A stretch of DNA of 45,057 bases, from the NCBI GenBank assembly GCA_022340845.1, contig JAJDNG010000066.1, forward strand, positions 1 through 45,057, given 5' to 3'. This document shows, one piece after another, positions 27,475 to 37,446 of the stretch. Every line of letters starts with the position of its first letter. Within the stretch, counting starts at the first letter, position 1. The DNA comes from Gammaproteobacteria bacterium (GTDB taxonomy: Bacteria; Pseudomonadota; Gammaproteobacteria; SZUA-152). The position numbers were made by a program, and so were the translations under genes. The notes below the pieces were generated by a model. The model was not told the origin of the DNA. It worked only from the letters and a program-made list of their open reading frames with translations, and searched no databases.

Positions 27475-29605
27475 TGACTTTTATCACTTTTGCTTCATCG
27501 TGGGTTGTGGTTTTATTGTTATCCGCTTGGGCGGTTTTGGTGGTATCGTGTTTATCTGCACGGTTAGCGTCGGACTGCCAACCTGCATCGGGGGTAAAGC
27601 GCTCGCCGTGCTTTTTCTCCAATTCCAACAATTGGTTGTACAGCGAGTTAACTCCACGGCTTTGAAGATAATGCAACGGCCCGCCACGAAACGGTGCAAA
27701 TCCGGTGCCGAAGATAATACCGGCGTCGATCAAGTCGGCATCACCCACAATACCTTCGCGTTGGCAGGCCACCACTTCATTGAGCATGCGCAACATGAGT
27801 CGGTCCTGAATGTCTTCTGGGCGGTAGTCGGATTTACCGGGTTTATGATGCAGCGGTTTGCCGTTTTTGTATTGATAAAAACCACGACCGCTTTTTATGC
27901 CCAGGCGGCCGGCTTCCACCAGTGATTTCAAACGATGCGGTACTTCCAGGTTGAGTTGCTCGGAGAGGATTTCCGCCACCGATAAACAAATATCCAGTCC
28001 CACCGTATCGGCCAGCTCTATGGGTCCCATGGGCATGCCGAAGTCCAGCGCTGCCTGGTCTATGACTTGCGGGGCGATGCCTTCGGATTCCAATACCACC
28101 GCTTCCACCAGATAAGGCATCAATACGCGATTGACCAGAAATCCCGGCGAACTTTTTACCGGCAGGGGCAAACGGTTGATATGACGGGTGAACGCTGCCG
28201 CGTGGGCAGTGGCTTCGGCGCCGGTGGTGCTGCCGCTGACTATTTCCACTAACTGCATCTTGGATACAGGATTGAAAAAGTGTATGCCCACCAGCCGTGA
28301 TGGCTCAGCCAATGCCTCGCTCAAGGTTTCAATGGGAATGCTGGAGGTGTTGGTGGCCAGCAGCGCGCCGGGTTTGAGCTGAGGTTCAATGGATTTGAAT
28401 AATGTCTGTTTGGCCTCCAGGTTTTCGAAGATGGCTTCGATGACCACATCGGCATGTTTCAGGCCCAGCCCGTCCATGTCCGGGGTGATTCGGTCCAACG
28501 CCGCTTGTATCAAAACCGGTGCTTTCAAGGTCTTTTTGAAGAGTTTACTGGCACTCTTAATGACTCTGGCCAACGCCGCTTCCTGGCGGTCTTGCACCGT
28601 CACTTGCATGCCTTGTGAGGCGCACCAGGCCGCGATATCCCCGCCCATAACGCCGGCGCCGATGACATGCACATGCTTGGGTTTAAACAGGGATTTGTCA
28701 CCGGCGGATTTGAGTTGTTCCTGGAGGAAGAATACCCGGATGAGATTTTGCGAGGTTTTACCGACGATTAAACGCGAGACCTGGCTTTGTTCGCCGTCCA
28801 GCATTTGATATTTATCGTTAGCGTGCTTGGCCCACAAATCAATGAGTGCATAGGGGGCCGGGTAGTGGTTTTTGGGCGCTTTTTTCGCTACTGTGCTGCG
28901 CATTTTATTGGCCAGTAATGGCCGGAGTAAGGCGTGATTGGTGTAACGTTTCCAACCCTTGAGCCGCTGCGGTGCTGGTTGACTGTTGATGAGGTTGACC
29001 GCGCCTTGGTGTAAATGGCGCTTGGGGACCGCATAATCCACCAAACCGATTTTTTTCGCCGCCCGGGCGCTCAAGCCGCGCCCGGTTAACATCATGTCCA
29101 TGGCCGCGGGGGCACCGATCAAAGGTGGCAAGCGGGTGGCACCGCCAAAGGCGGGGAATATGCCGATGCGGATTTCGGGCAAACCCAGGCGGGTCCTGGC
29201 ATCATCGTCGGCGATACGGTAGCGGCAAGCCAGTGCCAGCTCCAGGCCGCCACCCATGCAAAAACCGTGGATCAAGCAGACGGTGGGAAAGCGCAGCCTT
29301 TCGAGCCGATTGAAGGTATCCTGGCCCAAGCGGATAAACTCCCGGGCCAATTGCACGTCATTGGCTTTAGCCAGTTCCTTGATGTCAGCGCCGGCAAAAA
29401 AACCGTTTTGTTTGGCCGATAAAATCACCAGGCCTTTAGGAGGGCTGCTGTCCAGCTCGCGCACAATAGCATCCAGTTCCTGGATGACTTCCTGCGAAAA
29501 AGTGTTGGTGCTGGCGTCCTTTCGGTCGGCATACAGCCAGGCGATGGATTGGGCATCGGTTTCCAAACGCCAGTGTTGGTATGGGGTTGTAGGCATTTCG
29601 CTCAC
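27464..29605 (-). CDS. fadJ: Fatty-acid oxidation complex alpha subunit (enoyl-CoA hydratase + 3-hydroxyacyl-CoA dehydrogenase), FadJ/FadB-like
   Basis: 'FFAGADI', 'GGGLELALAC', 'GLPEI', 'IGAGVMGG', 'LATNTSSI', 'GIHFFNPV', 'PMGPIELAD'. Confidence 0.9.
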   Translation of the reverse strand: MSEMPTTPYQHWRLETDAQSIAWLYADRKDASTNTFSQEVIQELDAIVRELDSSPPKGLVILSAKQNGFFAGADIKELAKANDVQLAREFIRLGQDTFNRLERLRFPTVCLIHGFCMGGGLELALACRYRIADDDARTRLGLPEIRIGIFPAFGGATRLPPLIGAPAAMDMMLTGRGLSARAAKKIGLVDYAVPKRHLHQGAVNLINSQPAPQRLKGWKRYTNHALLRPLLANKMRSTVAKKAPKNHYPAPYALIDLWAKHANDKYQMLDGEQSQVSRLIVGKTSQNLIRVFFLQEQLKSAGDKSLFKPKHVHVIGAGVMGGDIAAWCASQGMQVTVQDRQEAALARVIKSASKLFKKTLKAPVLIQAALDRITPDMDGLGLKHADVVIEAIFENLEAKQTLFKSIEPQLKPGALLATNTSSIPIETLSEALAEPSRLVGIHFFNPVSKMQLVEIVSGSTTGAEATAHAAAFTRHINRLPLPVKSSPGFLVNRVLMPYLVEAVVLESEGIAPQVIDQAALDFGMPMGPIELADTVGLDICLSVAEILSEQLNLEVPHRLKSLVEAGRLGIKSGRGFYQYKNGKPLHHKPGKSDYRPEDIQDRLMLRMLNEVVACQREGIVGDADLIDAGIIFGTGFAPFRGGPLHYLQSRGVNSLYNQLLELEKKHGERFTPDAGWQSDANRADKHDTTKTAQADNNKTTTHDEAKVIKVNAS

Positions 29606-29628
29606 TCCGTTTCGCTCTGAGTCAGGGA

Positions 29629-31002
29629 TTAAGTATTGTCCGGTACATCGTTTTCGACCGCATGGTTATCGGCTGAATTGTTATCCGCTGCATTGTTATT
29701 AAAAGAATAGTTCTCCACTAACATGGCGCCACCTTGGCCGCCGCCTATGCACAGACTGGCCATGCCGCGTTTGGCGTTATTGCGTTTTAGCACATGGAGT
29801 AAATGTAACACGATGCGGGCGCCACTGGCGCCTACCGGGTGGCCCAAACTGACGCCGCCGCCATCGACATTCAGGCGTTCCTGGTCAAGTTCGCCGAAGG
29901 CTTTGGCGGTATGCAGTTGTTCGCGGCAATAGCGGGCGTCTTTCCAGGCTTCGATGTTGGCCAGGACCTGGCAAGCGAACGCTTCATTGATCTCCCAGTA
30001 GTCCACATCTTTTAATTGCAGTTTGTGGCGTTTTAACACGGGGGTCATGGCGTGCACCGGGCCTAATCCCATTTGCGCCGGATCCAATGCCGCCCAGTGA
30101 GAGTCGATAATCTTGCCCAACACCGGTAGGTCGAATTTTTTCACCGTGGCTTCGTTGGCCAACACCAGCCACGCCGCGCCATCGGTGACCTGGGCGCTGT
30201 TGCCCGCGGTGACTTTACCGAAGGGGCGATCGAATACGGGTTTGAGTTTGGCCAAGGCTTGCATATCGGAATCCCGTCGCAGGCCATCGTCTTCCTTGTA
30301 GTAGTGGCCGTTGGTGTCGTAAATGGTTTCCACTTCTGGCAGCCAGCCTTGATCGATGGCATTGGCCAATCGATGGTGACTGCGAACGGCGTAGTCGTCC
30401 ATGGCTTCGCGGCTGATGTTAAAGCGGTCGGCCAGGATTTCCGCGGTTTGTCCCATGGATAAGCCTACCACCGGATCGGTCAGGCCTTTTAGCAAGCCGA
30501 TGACAGGCTTGAGATAAGCCGGGCGCAACTGCGCCAGTGTCTTAACCCGCTGCCCCAGGGTTTTGGCTCTCATCCACGCCCCCAGCCATTGCACCATGGA
30601 TTGCGCCAGTAACACCGGCGCATGGCTCATCGCCTCTATGCCTCCGGCCAACACCAGGTTGGAGCGGCCTGAGGCGATGTTCATGGCGGCGCTGTCTATG
30701 GCTTGTAAACCTGAGGCGCAGTTGCGCTGCACCGTCCACGCCGGTACGTGTTGGTCACATCCCAGGCGCAAGGCTACCACCCGGGCGATGTTGACTTCCT
30801 CGGGGCCGGGCATCACGCAGCCGGCAATGACTTCGTCGATGTCGGTGGCCTCGAACGGCATGCGCGCCAGCAGGGGTTTGGCGGCGGCGATGGCGATATT
30901 GGCCGCCGTGAATGGCCCCGGTTTGCCTTTGGCTTTTAAAAATGGCGAACGGCTGCCGTCTACGATATAAACGTCGTGTACCAGTTTGCGTTTTTGGGTC
31001 AT
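29629..31002 (-). CDS. fadI: Acetyl-CoA C-acyltransferase (thiolase), FadI/FadA-like
   Basis: 'TVQRNCASG', 'EINEAFA', 'GHPVGASG', 'CIGGGQG'. Confidence 0.92.
   Translation of the reverse strand: MTQKRKLVHDVYIVDGSRSPFLKAKGKPGPFTAANIAIAAAKPLLARMPFEATDIDEVIAGCVMPGPEEVNIARVVALRLGCDQHVPAWTVQRNCASGLQAIDSAAMNIASGRSNLVLAGGIEAMSHAPVLLAQSMVQWLGAWMRAKTLGQRVKTLAQLRPAYLKPVIGLLKGLTDPVVGLSMGQTAEILADRFNISREAMDDYAVRSHHRLANAIDQGWLPEVETIYDTNGHYYKEDDGLRRDSDMQALAKLKPVFDRPFGKVTAGNSAQVTDGAAWLVLANEATVKKFDLPVLGKIIDSHWAALDPAQMGLGPVHAMTPVLKRHKLQLKDVDYWEINEAFACQVLANIEAWKDARYCREQLHTAKAFGELDQERLNVDGGGVSLGHPVGASGARIVLHLLHVLKRNNAKRGMASLCIGGGQGGAMLVENYSFNNNAADNNSADNHAVENDVPDNT
29635..29700. repeat. Degenerate 15-bp tandem repeats forming the thiolase C-terminal tail (NNNAA/DNNSA/DNHAV/ENDVP/DN)
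   Basis: attgtccggtacatc / gttttcgaccgcatg / gttatcggctgaatt / gttatccgctgcatt. Confidence 0.65.
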
Positions 31003-31071
31003 CTAAGCACGCTCCTATTGTCAGGTATCACATTTAAGCGTTATGTCTAACACATTGTCATTTGCTTGCTA

Positions 31072-33576
31072 TCACGCACATTCTTTTGCCGATGGTTTCG
31101 AGGGCTGTTCGTCTTCGAATTGACTGGATTGGTGTGGCACCAATTCCTCGGCGGTGAAATCATCCACCATAATGGCTTCCCGTCGGGCGGCGTCGGCCGT
31201 ACTTAGCAACTGAGCTTGTTCGTTGTCAATGAGGTTTAGCTCCAGGGCTTGGCGGATTTGTTGTTCACGGGTCAGCGGGGCGACTTTGCCTTCCCGGATG
31301 GCGTTGCGCAGGATTTTTTCCGCCGCCTCGGCATCAATGACGCGTTCCAATGCGTATTCCAAGCGGCTCATGGGTTCGCTCAGACGATATTGTTCGGTAT
31401 CGGGCAGATACAAACCCGCCGTGAGACGGTCACGAGCCGTGGATGGGTTGAGCAGTAAGTCGGCTGCTTTATGGCCGGAGTTGTCCGTAGGCCCGGAATA
31501 GGTTTTACCCAAGGGAAACACGATACGACGTAACAACCACGCGACGGGCCGGTTGGGGAAATTGATTATGAATTTATCCAGGCTTTGCTGCATGATGCGT
31601 AAGGCATTTTCACAACTCCATTGCAGCAGTGGCAGATCCGAAAACGGTTGCCCGTCGTCTTCAAAGCGTTTTAAAGTGGCCGAGGCCAGGTATAACTGAC
31701 TCAATACATCCGCTAGCCGGCCGGACAGCTTTTCTTTGCGTTTCAAGCTGCCGCCCAGCACCAGCATGGCCACATCGCTGACAAAGGCCAGGGCACTGCT
31801 CATGCGGGTGAGTTGCTGATAGTAATATCGACTCGGCCCGCTCACCGGCGGGCGTACCCAGCGGGCTTTAGTCAGACCTAGAAACAAACTGCGCGCGGTA
31901 TTGCTGAGGGTGAATCCTAAGTGGGCGATTAACGCCGCATCGAAGTCGCGCAAGGCCTGGTTCTGGTCCTCTTCCTGGGTGGCGAGCATCTCCTTTAACA
32001 CGTAAGGATGGCAGCGAATGGCCCCTTGGCCGAATATGATCATGCTGCGGGTGAGAATATTGGCCCCTTCCACGGTAATGCTGATGGGGATGGACTGATA
32101 CACCCTGGCCAACAAGTTGCGCGGCCCCATGCATATCCCGCTGCCGCCTTGGATATCCATGGCGTGATTGATCACGGTGCGCATGTTTTCGGTCAAATTG
32201 AATTTGACGATGGCCGAGATCACCGATGGGCTTTGCCCCATATCGATGGCCGAGGTGGTCAAGGTGCGTGCGGCATCCATCATATAGGTGCTGGCGGCGA
32301 TATGAGCCAGTTTTTCTTCCACGCCTTCGAAGCGGCCTATGGGTGTTTTGAATTGCTGGCGTACCCGCGAATACGCGCCGGTGGCGCGGCTGGCGAGCTT
32401 GCCAGCGCCGACGCTCAGCGCCGGTAGGGAGATGGAGCGCCCGGCGGCCAGACATTCCATTAACATGCGCCAGCCGTTGCCGGCTTGCGCCACTCCGCCG
32501 ATAATCCAATCGATGGGAATAAATACGTCTTTGCCGCAATTAGGCCCGTTTTGGAAGGCGCTGTTTAGCGGAAAATGACGGTTGCCGATTTCCACGCCAG
32601 GGGTGTCAGTGGGAATCAAGGCGCAGGTAATGCCTACGTCTTCCTGCTCGCCAATGAGGTGATCCGGGTCATACAGCTTGAAAGCGAGTCCCAACACGCT
32701 GGCGACAGGGCCCAGGGTGATATAACGCTTTTCCCAATTCAGGCGGATACCCAATACATCTTTTTCGCCGCCAAACTCGCCGCGGCACACTATACCGCTG
32801 TCCACCATGGATGCGGCGTCTGAGCCGGCTTCCGGGGAGGTCAGCGCAAAACAAGGAATTTCCTGTCCCTTGGCCAGACGCGGCAGATAATGGTCGCGCT
32901 GGGCATCAGTACCGTAGCGTAATAACAGCTCCGCCGGTCCCAGCGAGTTGGGGACCATCACCGTGACCGCTGCCGTAATGGAGCGGGAAGCAACTTTCAT
33001 AACCACGCAGGAATGCGCGTAGGCGGAAAACTCCAGACCACCGTATTTTTTCGGAATAATCATGCCGAAAAAACCATGCTCTTTTAAAAACTGCCAGACT
33101 TCATCGGGCAGATCGTAATGCTCATGGGTTATTTTCCAATCATCGACCAGGCGGCACAGTGCTTCGGCCGGACCGTCGACGAACGCCTGCTCTTCGGCGG
33201 TTAACTGCGGCCGGGGGGTGTCCAGCATTTTGCGCCAGTCAGGCCGGCCGCTGAACAGTTCACCATCCCACCATACGCTGCCGGCTTCCAGTGCTTCGCG
33301 TTCGGTCTGTGACATGCCGGGCATGACTTGGCGAAACGCGTTTAACGCCGGTTTGCTCAACCATTGCCGGCGCAAGCCGGGAATATTCAGTGCGAGGGCC
33401 GCGCCTGCGAATACCAGCCACAGCGACGCGGCGATGAAGGTCGATGGCGATGCCAGTTGCCCCCAGGCAACCAGTGCCGCAGCAACAACGCCTGTGCTCA
33501 GCAACAGCGAAATGCGGAAATACAACAGTGTCCAGATCAGGGTAATGAAAAAACCTATCCACAGCAGTGTTTGCAT
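31072..33576 (-). CDS. fadE: Acyl-CoA dehydrogenase FadE
   Basis: N-terminal TM region, 'MSQTEREALEAGSVWWDGELFSG', 'IPCFALTSPEAGSDA', 'WEKRYITL', 'ISITVEGANILTR'. Confidence 0.96.
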   Translation of the reverse strand: MQTLLWIGFFITLIWTLLYFRISLLLSTGVVAAALVAWGQLASPSTFIAASLWLVFAGAALALNIPGLRRQWLSKPALNAFRQVMPGMSQTEREALEAGSVWWDGELFSGRPDWRKMLDTPRPQLTAEEQAFVDGPAEALCRLVDDWKITHEHYDLPDEVWQFLKEHGFFGMIIPKKYGGLEFSAYAHSCVVMKVASRSITAAVTVMVPNSLGPAELLLRYGTDAQRDHYLPRLAKGQEIPCFALTSPEAGSDAASMVDSGIVCRGEFGGEKDVLGIRLNWEKRYITLGPVASVLGLAFKLYDPDHLIGEQEDVGITCALIPTDTPGVEIGNRHFPLNSAFQNGPNCGKDVFIPIDWIIGGVAQAGNGWRMLMECLAAGRSISLPALSVGAGKLASRATGAYSRVRQQFKTPIGRFEGVEEKLAHIAASTYMMDAARTLTTSAIDMGQSPSVISAIVKFNLTENMRTVINHAMDIQGGSGICMGPRNLLARVYQSIPISITVEGANILTRSMIIFGQGAIRCHPYVLKEMLATQEEDQNQALRDFDAALIAHLGFTLSNTARSLFLGLTKARWVRPPVSGPSRYYYQQLTRMSSALAFVSDVAMLVLGGSLKRKEKLSGRLADVLSQLYLASATLKRFEDDGQPFSDLPLLQWSCENALRIMQQSLDKFIINFPNRPVAWLLRRIVFPLGKTYSGPTDNSGHKAADLLLNPSTARDRLTAGLYLPDTEQYRLSEPMSRLEYALERVIDAEAAEKILRNAIREGKVAPLTREQQIRQALELNLIDNEQAQLLSTADAARREAIMVDDFTAEELVPHQSSQFEDEQPSKPSAKECA

Positions 33577-33580
33577 GTTG

Positions 33581-34621
33581 TTAACTCGCCTTAGTTGGGT
33601 TGTCCGAAATCAAACTTTTATCATCTTTGCCCGGCGGTTCGCCAGGGGGAGGTGAATATTCACTTTTTAGGACTGGGTTCGCCGAATCATGATCGACTGT
33701 AGGCGGAGGTTTGTTACGGGATTTTTTGCCCAATTGCAGCACAGGACCAAGGCCGCGAACCAGCTGGGGTTTACCCGGTTTACTGGGTTGGCGCACAGTG
33801 TTGGGGATGAAGCAGTCGTTATCATCGTTACACACCACACCTTCCTGGTCCCACGGTAACTGGCGGTACACCGCCAGATCGTTTAATCCCAGCAAGGGGT
33901 ATTTGATGATTTGAAAGTACGGCGAATAGTCGAAATCCCGGGGCGTGTATAAGCGAGTATTGCGCTTGTATAGGCGGAAATCCGCGCCTTCGCGGTGAAT
34001 GACAGGCAAGATGGGGAATTGCACGGTAGTAAACGCGGCGGCTATCAGTGTGGAACAGACGGTTTTGGTGGACACGCCGGCGTGACGTTCGAACAGGCTG
34101 GAACGCCAGCGGCGCGGTATGATGCCATAGGGTAATAGGAATCTGGCTAAGTCCAACAGCTGGCGGACGTCGTATTCGTAGCCAATGTGTTTAGCCGCGT
34201 AGTGAATGACTTGTTGCACGTCTTTGCGGGACAAACCCTGGGGCCGGCAAATGCGCAAATGATCGTTAGAGTATTTGTTAAGCGGCGTGACAACAGTACC
34301 TTCGCCCAGCAGCGGTTCGATCAATAGTTGATCATCCGGGTGTCCGTCGTACATCCAACTGATATGTTCGCGGACGGCGGGATCGTCGATGTCCGCCAAA
34401 CGACCAATATATAACGCGGAATGCGTCCAGGGACTTTGGGTGATATTTTTTATGACTTCGCTGACACGGGAACGGCCTTCCACCAAAATCACATCGCAGG
34501 GACGGATTTCGAAACTCAGACGGTCAAAATCGCAGGGTGGCGCACCTTCGAGGGGATTTTCATAGGTGAGCCAATGGATGATTTTGTTGCCTAACCATTT
34601 GATGGGGTTGGATAAAGCCAT
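33581..34621 (-). CDS. Permuted papain-like NlpC/P60 enzyme (YiiX/YebB family)
   Basis: 'IRPCDVILVEG', 'SPWTHSALYIG' (His) precedes 'IGYEYD' and 'VCSTLIAAAF' (Cys), the circularly permuted order. Confidence 0.82.
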   Translation of the reverse strand: MALSNPIKWLGNKIIHWLTYENPLEGAPPCDFDRLSFEIRPCDVILVEGRSRVSEVIKNITQSPWTHSALYIGRLADIDDPAVREHISWMYDGHPDDQLLIEPLLGEGTVVTPLNKYSNDHLRICRPQGLSRKDVQQVIHYAAKHIGYEYDVRQLLDLARFLLPYGIIPRRWRSSLFERHAGVSTKTVCSTLIAAAFTTVQFPILPVIHREGADFRLYKRNTRLYTPRDFDYSPYFQIIKYPLLGLNDLAVYRQLPWDQEGVVCNDDNDCFIPNTVRQPSKPGKPQLVRGLGPVLQLGKKSRNKPPPTVDHDSANPVLKSEYSPPPGEPPGKDDKSLISDNPTKAS

Positions 34622-34923
34622 AATGTTTTGGTTAACCAGCTATGTGGGGTGCAAAATCGGCACCTCCACTACTAACTATAGTTAGAGACAGGGTAATTTG
34701 CATAAAGTTACAGTGTGCATACCGCACATTTTTGTGGTGAAGATTTCGGGAACTATTCGCTCCAGCTTATGCGCTACAACGGATTCACAATAGTTAAGCA
34801 TGGTTTGTGCCGGGTATGGGAACGACAGCGATATCCAGTAATTAGCAGGCCGGTGGTGAGGTAAGTCGGATTTTAGTCGACAAACCTTAATAGCCAGGCG
34901 GTTAGGCGGTTTTTATTTTTGTC

Positions 34924-35652
34924 TTATTTTTCAACGCGGACCACTCGGTATTCACCCAAATCCTGTTTCAGGAAAACGGTTTGGCCGGGCGATCCGTTGT
35001 CGCTGATTTCGATTTTACAGACGGTGCAGTCTGTCTGGCAGTACATCGGGAATTGTAAAGGGGTGCTGTCGCAATAATAATGAGCCGACACTGACTGCTC
35101 AACAAGTATGCGGTTGACCTGATGCATGGACATGCCCTGAATAATTTCATTGCGGTACAAGGCTTCCGCAATTCGGATCTTAACGGGCGGCGTCGCCGTG
35201 AAAATGGATTGCTGCCTTGAATGGTCCAGATGAACCACGGTGGGCGCTTGGAAATTACCGCTAAACCAAACCACCTGATCCTGTAAAAAAATCAATCCTT
35301 CGCAGGCTTGGCAATTGGCGTCACAGTGAGACACCGCTTGGTTATTACACCAGAATTTGCCTTTGTACGGTTTTGGTCCATACGGAGTGGTGTCTGCAGC
35401 AATGAGGACTTCGTCTACTGTCATGCCCAAGCGCACTTGGCCGGCAATGATGTCATCGCGGAAGTTATTGTTGTGAACAGAGGCGGGTGAGCTGGCGTGG
35501 TCTGCTGGTAATCGGTCAAAATGGGCGGCCCGGTCGGGATAATTCCTGGCCAGCCATTGATTTTGGCGGGAATAGTCACTCACAGGGGTACAACTGATCA
35601 ACCCAAGGGTGAGTGTGAGTATGCAAACTGCCTTGATACCACTGAACTGCAT
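34924..35652 (-). CDS. Hypothetical lipoprotein with two internal repeats, each with four Cys
   Basis: Lipobox LISC after ATG 35652; repeats 'GQVRLGMTVDEV..FWC-x7-C-x3-C-x2-C' and 'NEIIQGMSMHQV..YYC-x10-C-x3-C-x2-C'. Confidence 0.7.
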   Translation of the reverse strand: MQFSGIKAVCILTLTLGLISCTPVSDYSRQNQWLARNYPDRAAHFDRLPADHASSPASVHNNNFRDDIIAGQVRLGMTVDEVLIAADTTPYGPKPYKGKFWCNNQAVSHCDANCQACEGLIFLQDQVVWFSGNFQAPTVVHLDHSRQQSIFTATPPVKIRIAEALYRNEIIQGMSMHQVNRILVEQSVSAHYYCDSTPLQFPMYCQTDCTVCKIEISDNGSPGQTVFLKQDLGEYRVVRVEK

Positions 35653-35784
35653 TGCGTGTGCCTGATAGCGTATTAAAATACTCAACTTTTATACAGTACA
35701 CTACATTACGCCAGCTTGTTATCAGATGCAGTTAAAAATTATTTATGGCGCATGGCAACGGGCGCTTTTGGAGAAGCCAAGCAT

Positions 35785-36177
35785 ATGTTTGCAGAAACGG
35801 TTATAGCAAGTATCCTGACATATATACTGATGTTGTCAGCGTTTTACCTACATCGCATCAGAACGTTTCATGTACCGGTGATGGTGTTTATTGTTTTATT
35901 TGATTTGCTCATGCCGGTGTACTTGTATTCCACCCGCGACTGGAAAACCCGCTTGATCGATGACGGCGATTTATTTTCCTTTGCCGTGTGGATGCATTTT
36001 GGTTTGCTGATTACACTGTTTGTGTTGTATGCCATTCAAATACTGGCTGGGCGTAAATTGCTGTTAGGTGATCAAAGTGGCCGAGCGGAGCATAAAAATG
36101 TGGCAAAGGGGATTTTGGCTGTGCGGGCGCTGGTCATTCTCACCGGGGCGTTGTTAGCGCAGCCACAGCAGGGTTGA
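35785..36177 (+). CDS. Four-TM membrane protein (DUF420-like)
   Basis: Four hydrophobic segments with His residues ('FHVPVM', 'MHFGL', 'EHKNVA'); ATG 35785 with upstream GGAG. Confidence 0.6.
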   Translation: MFAETVIASILTYILMLSAFYLHRIRTFHVPVMVFIVLFDLLMPVYLYSTRDWKTRLIDDGDLFSFAVWMHFGLLITLFVLYAIQILAGRKLLLGDQSGRAEHKNVAKGILAVRALVILTGALLAQPQQG

Positions 36178-36205
36178 GCAAAGCATTGAGTAAAACGAGG
36201 TGAAC

Positions 36206-36236
36206 AAAAAAAGGGGGCTTTGTGCCCCCTTTTTTT
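36206..36236. terminator. Bidirectional intrinsic terminator
   Basis: aaaaaaa-gggggc-tttgt-gccccc-ttttttt between convergent genes. Confidence 0.9.
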
Positions 36237-36256
36237 ACGCATGCGGCTTAAAGCGT

Positions 36257-37132
36257 TTATTTCTTCTTATTTTCAATCAGTTCCTGGATGATCGGCGTCA
36301 ACACCACTTCCATCGCGAATCCCATTTTGCCACCGGGAACAACAATGGAATTGGGGCGCGACATAAATGAGTCATGGATCATGCTCAGGAAATAAGGGAA
36401 GTCCACGTTCTTGGGATTCTTGAAACGGATCACCACAAAACTTTCGTCGGGCGTAGGAATATCGCGTGCAATAAACGGGTTGGAAGTGTCCACGGTGGGT
36501 ACCCGCTGGAAGTTGATGTGCGAGCGCGAGAACTGCGGTGTGATGTAGTTAATATAGTCTTCCATACGGCGTAAAATGGTGTCTACAATCGCTTCCGCCG
36601 AATAACCGCGTTCCAGATTATCGCGGTGGATTTTCTGGATCCATTCCAGGTTGACAATAGGTACGACCCCTACCAATAAGTCCACCACTTCCGCGACATT
36701 TACCGTATCGGTTTTCACGCCGCCGTGTAAGCCCTCATAAAATAATAAATCGGTATTCTCCGGAGTATCTTCCCATGGGGTGAACTGACCGGGTTGCAGT
36801 TTGAGGTCCTTATACGGCTCGGCTTCTTCTTCGCTGTGCAGGTAATAACGGCGCTTGCACATGCCGGTTTCACCGTACTCTTTGAATGTCTCGTATAATT
36901 TGTCGAATAAATTGGCGTCTGGACCAAAGTGGCTGATATTTTTCCCCTGCTCGGAATATTCGGCGATTTTTTGTTTCATCGCGGCACGGTCATATGCGTG
37001 GTAGCTGTCGCCTTCGATCACGGCAGGGGTGATTTCTTCCCGGCGGAATATGTGTTCAAACGCGCGTTTAACCGTAGTGGTTCCTGCTCCAGAAGAACCG
37101 GTAATTGCAATAATGGGATGTTTGGCCGACAT
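36257..37132 (-). CDS. prkB: Phosphoribulokinase (proteobacterial type)
   Basis: 'MSAKHPIIAITGSSGAGTTT', 'LFYEGLHG', 'VPIVNLEWIQKIHRD', 'INFQRVPTVDTSNPF', 'VVPGGKM'. Confidence 0.96.
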   Translation of the reverse strand: MSAKHPIIAITGSSGAGTTTVKRAFEHIFRREEITPAVIEGDSYHAYDRAAMKQKIAEYSEQGKNISHFGPDANLFDKLYETFKEYGETGMCKRRYYLHSEEEAEPYKDLKLQPGQFTPWEDTPENTDLLFYEGLHGGVKTDTVNVAEVVDLLVGVVPIVNLEWIQKIHRDNLERGYSAEAIVDTILRRMEDYINYITPQFSRSHINFQRVPTVDTSNPFIARDIPTPDESFVVIRFKNPKNVDFPYFLSMIHDSFMSRPNSIVVPGGKMGFAMEVVLTPIIQELIENKKK

Positions 37133-37446
37133 AGTTACTCTCCTAACTCATTAAAAAATATTAAAATATTCTTCTGGCCGCCTGGACTTGATCACGTGGC
37201 GTGCATAACCCGCGAGTCGTATGACCCATGGCTGGCCAATTTACCTGCCATAATCAGCCACATTAACTGTCGCGCGGAAAATGTTTTGAATTGAATTCGG
37301 GTCCTCGGCTTTGTTGTAAGTTTTTACCGGGAGGGCGAATGATAGCGTTTTATCTCCAATGAGGAAAGCGTTTGGCGTCGGTCATCGCTCAAGGTGGGAG
37401 TGCAACAAAAACGCTTTGGGGAAATTAACCTGAATCTAATCAGTCA

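Noticed and set aside
31868-32539. 223-aa alternative-frame ORF inside fadE
   Set aside because: Arg/His-rich off-frame translation typical of GC-rich coding DNA; fadE is intact.
35020-35355. Cys motifs of the 34924..35652 lipoprotein as heme-binding sites
   Set aside because: CQACE and CTVCK lack the His of CxxCH.
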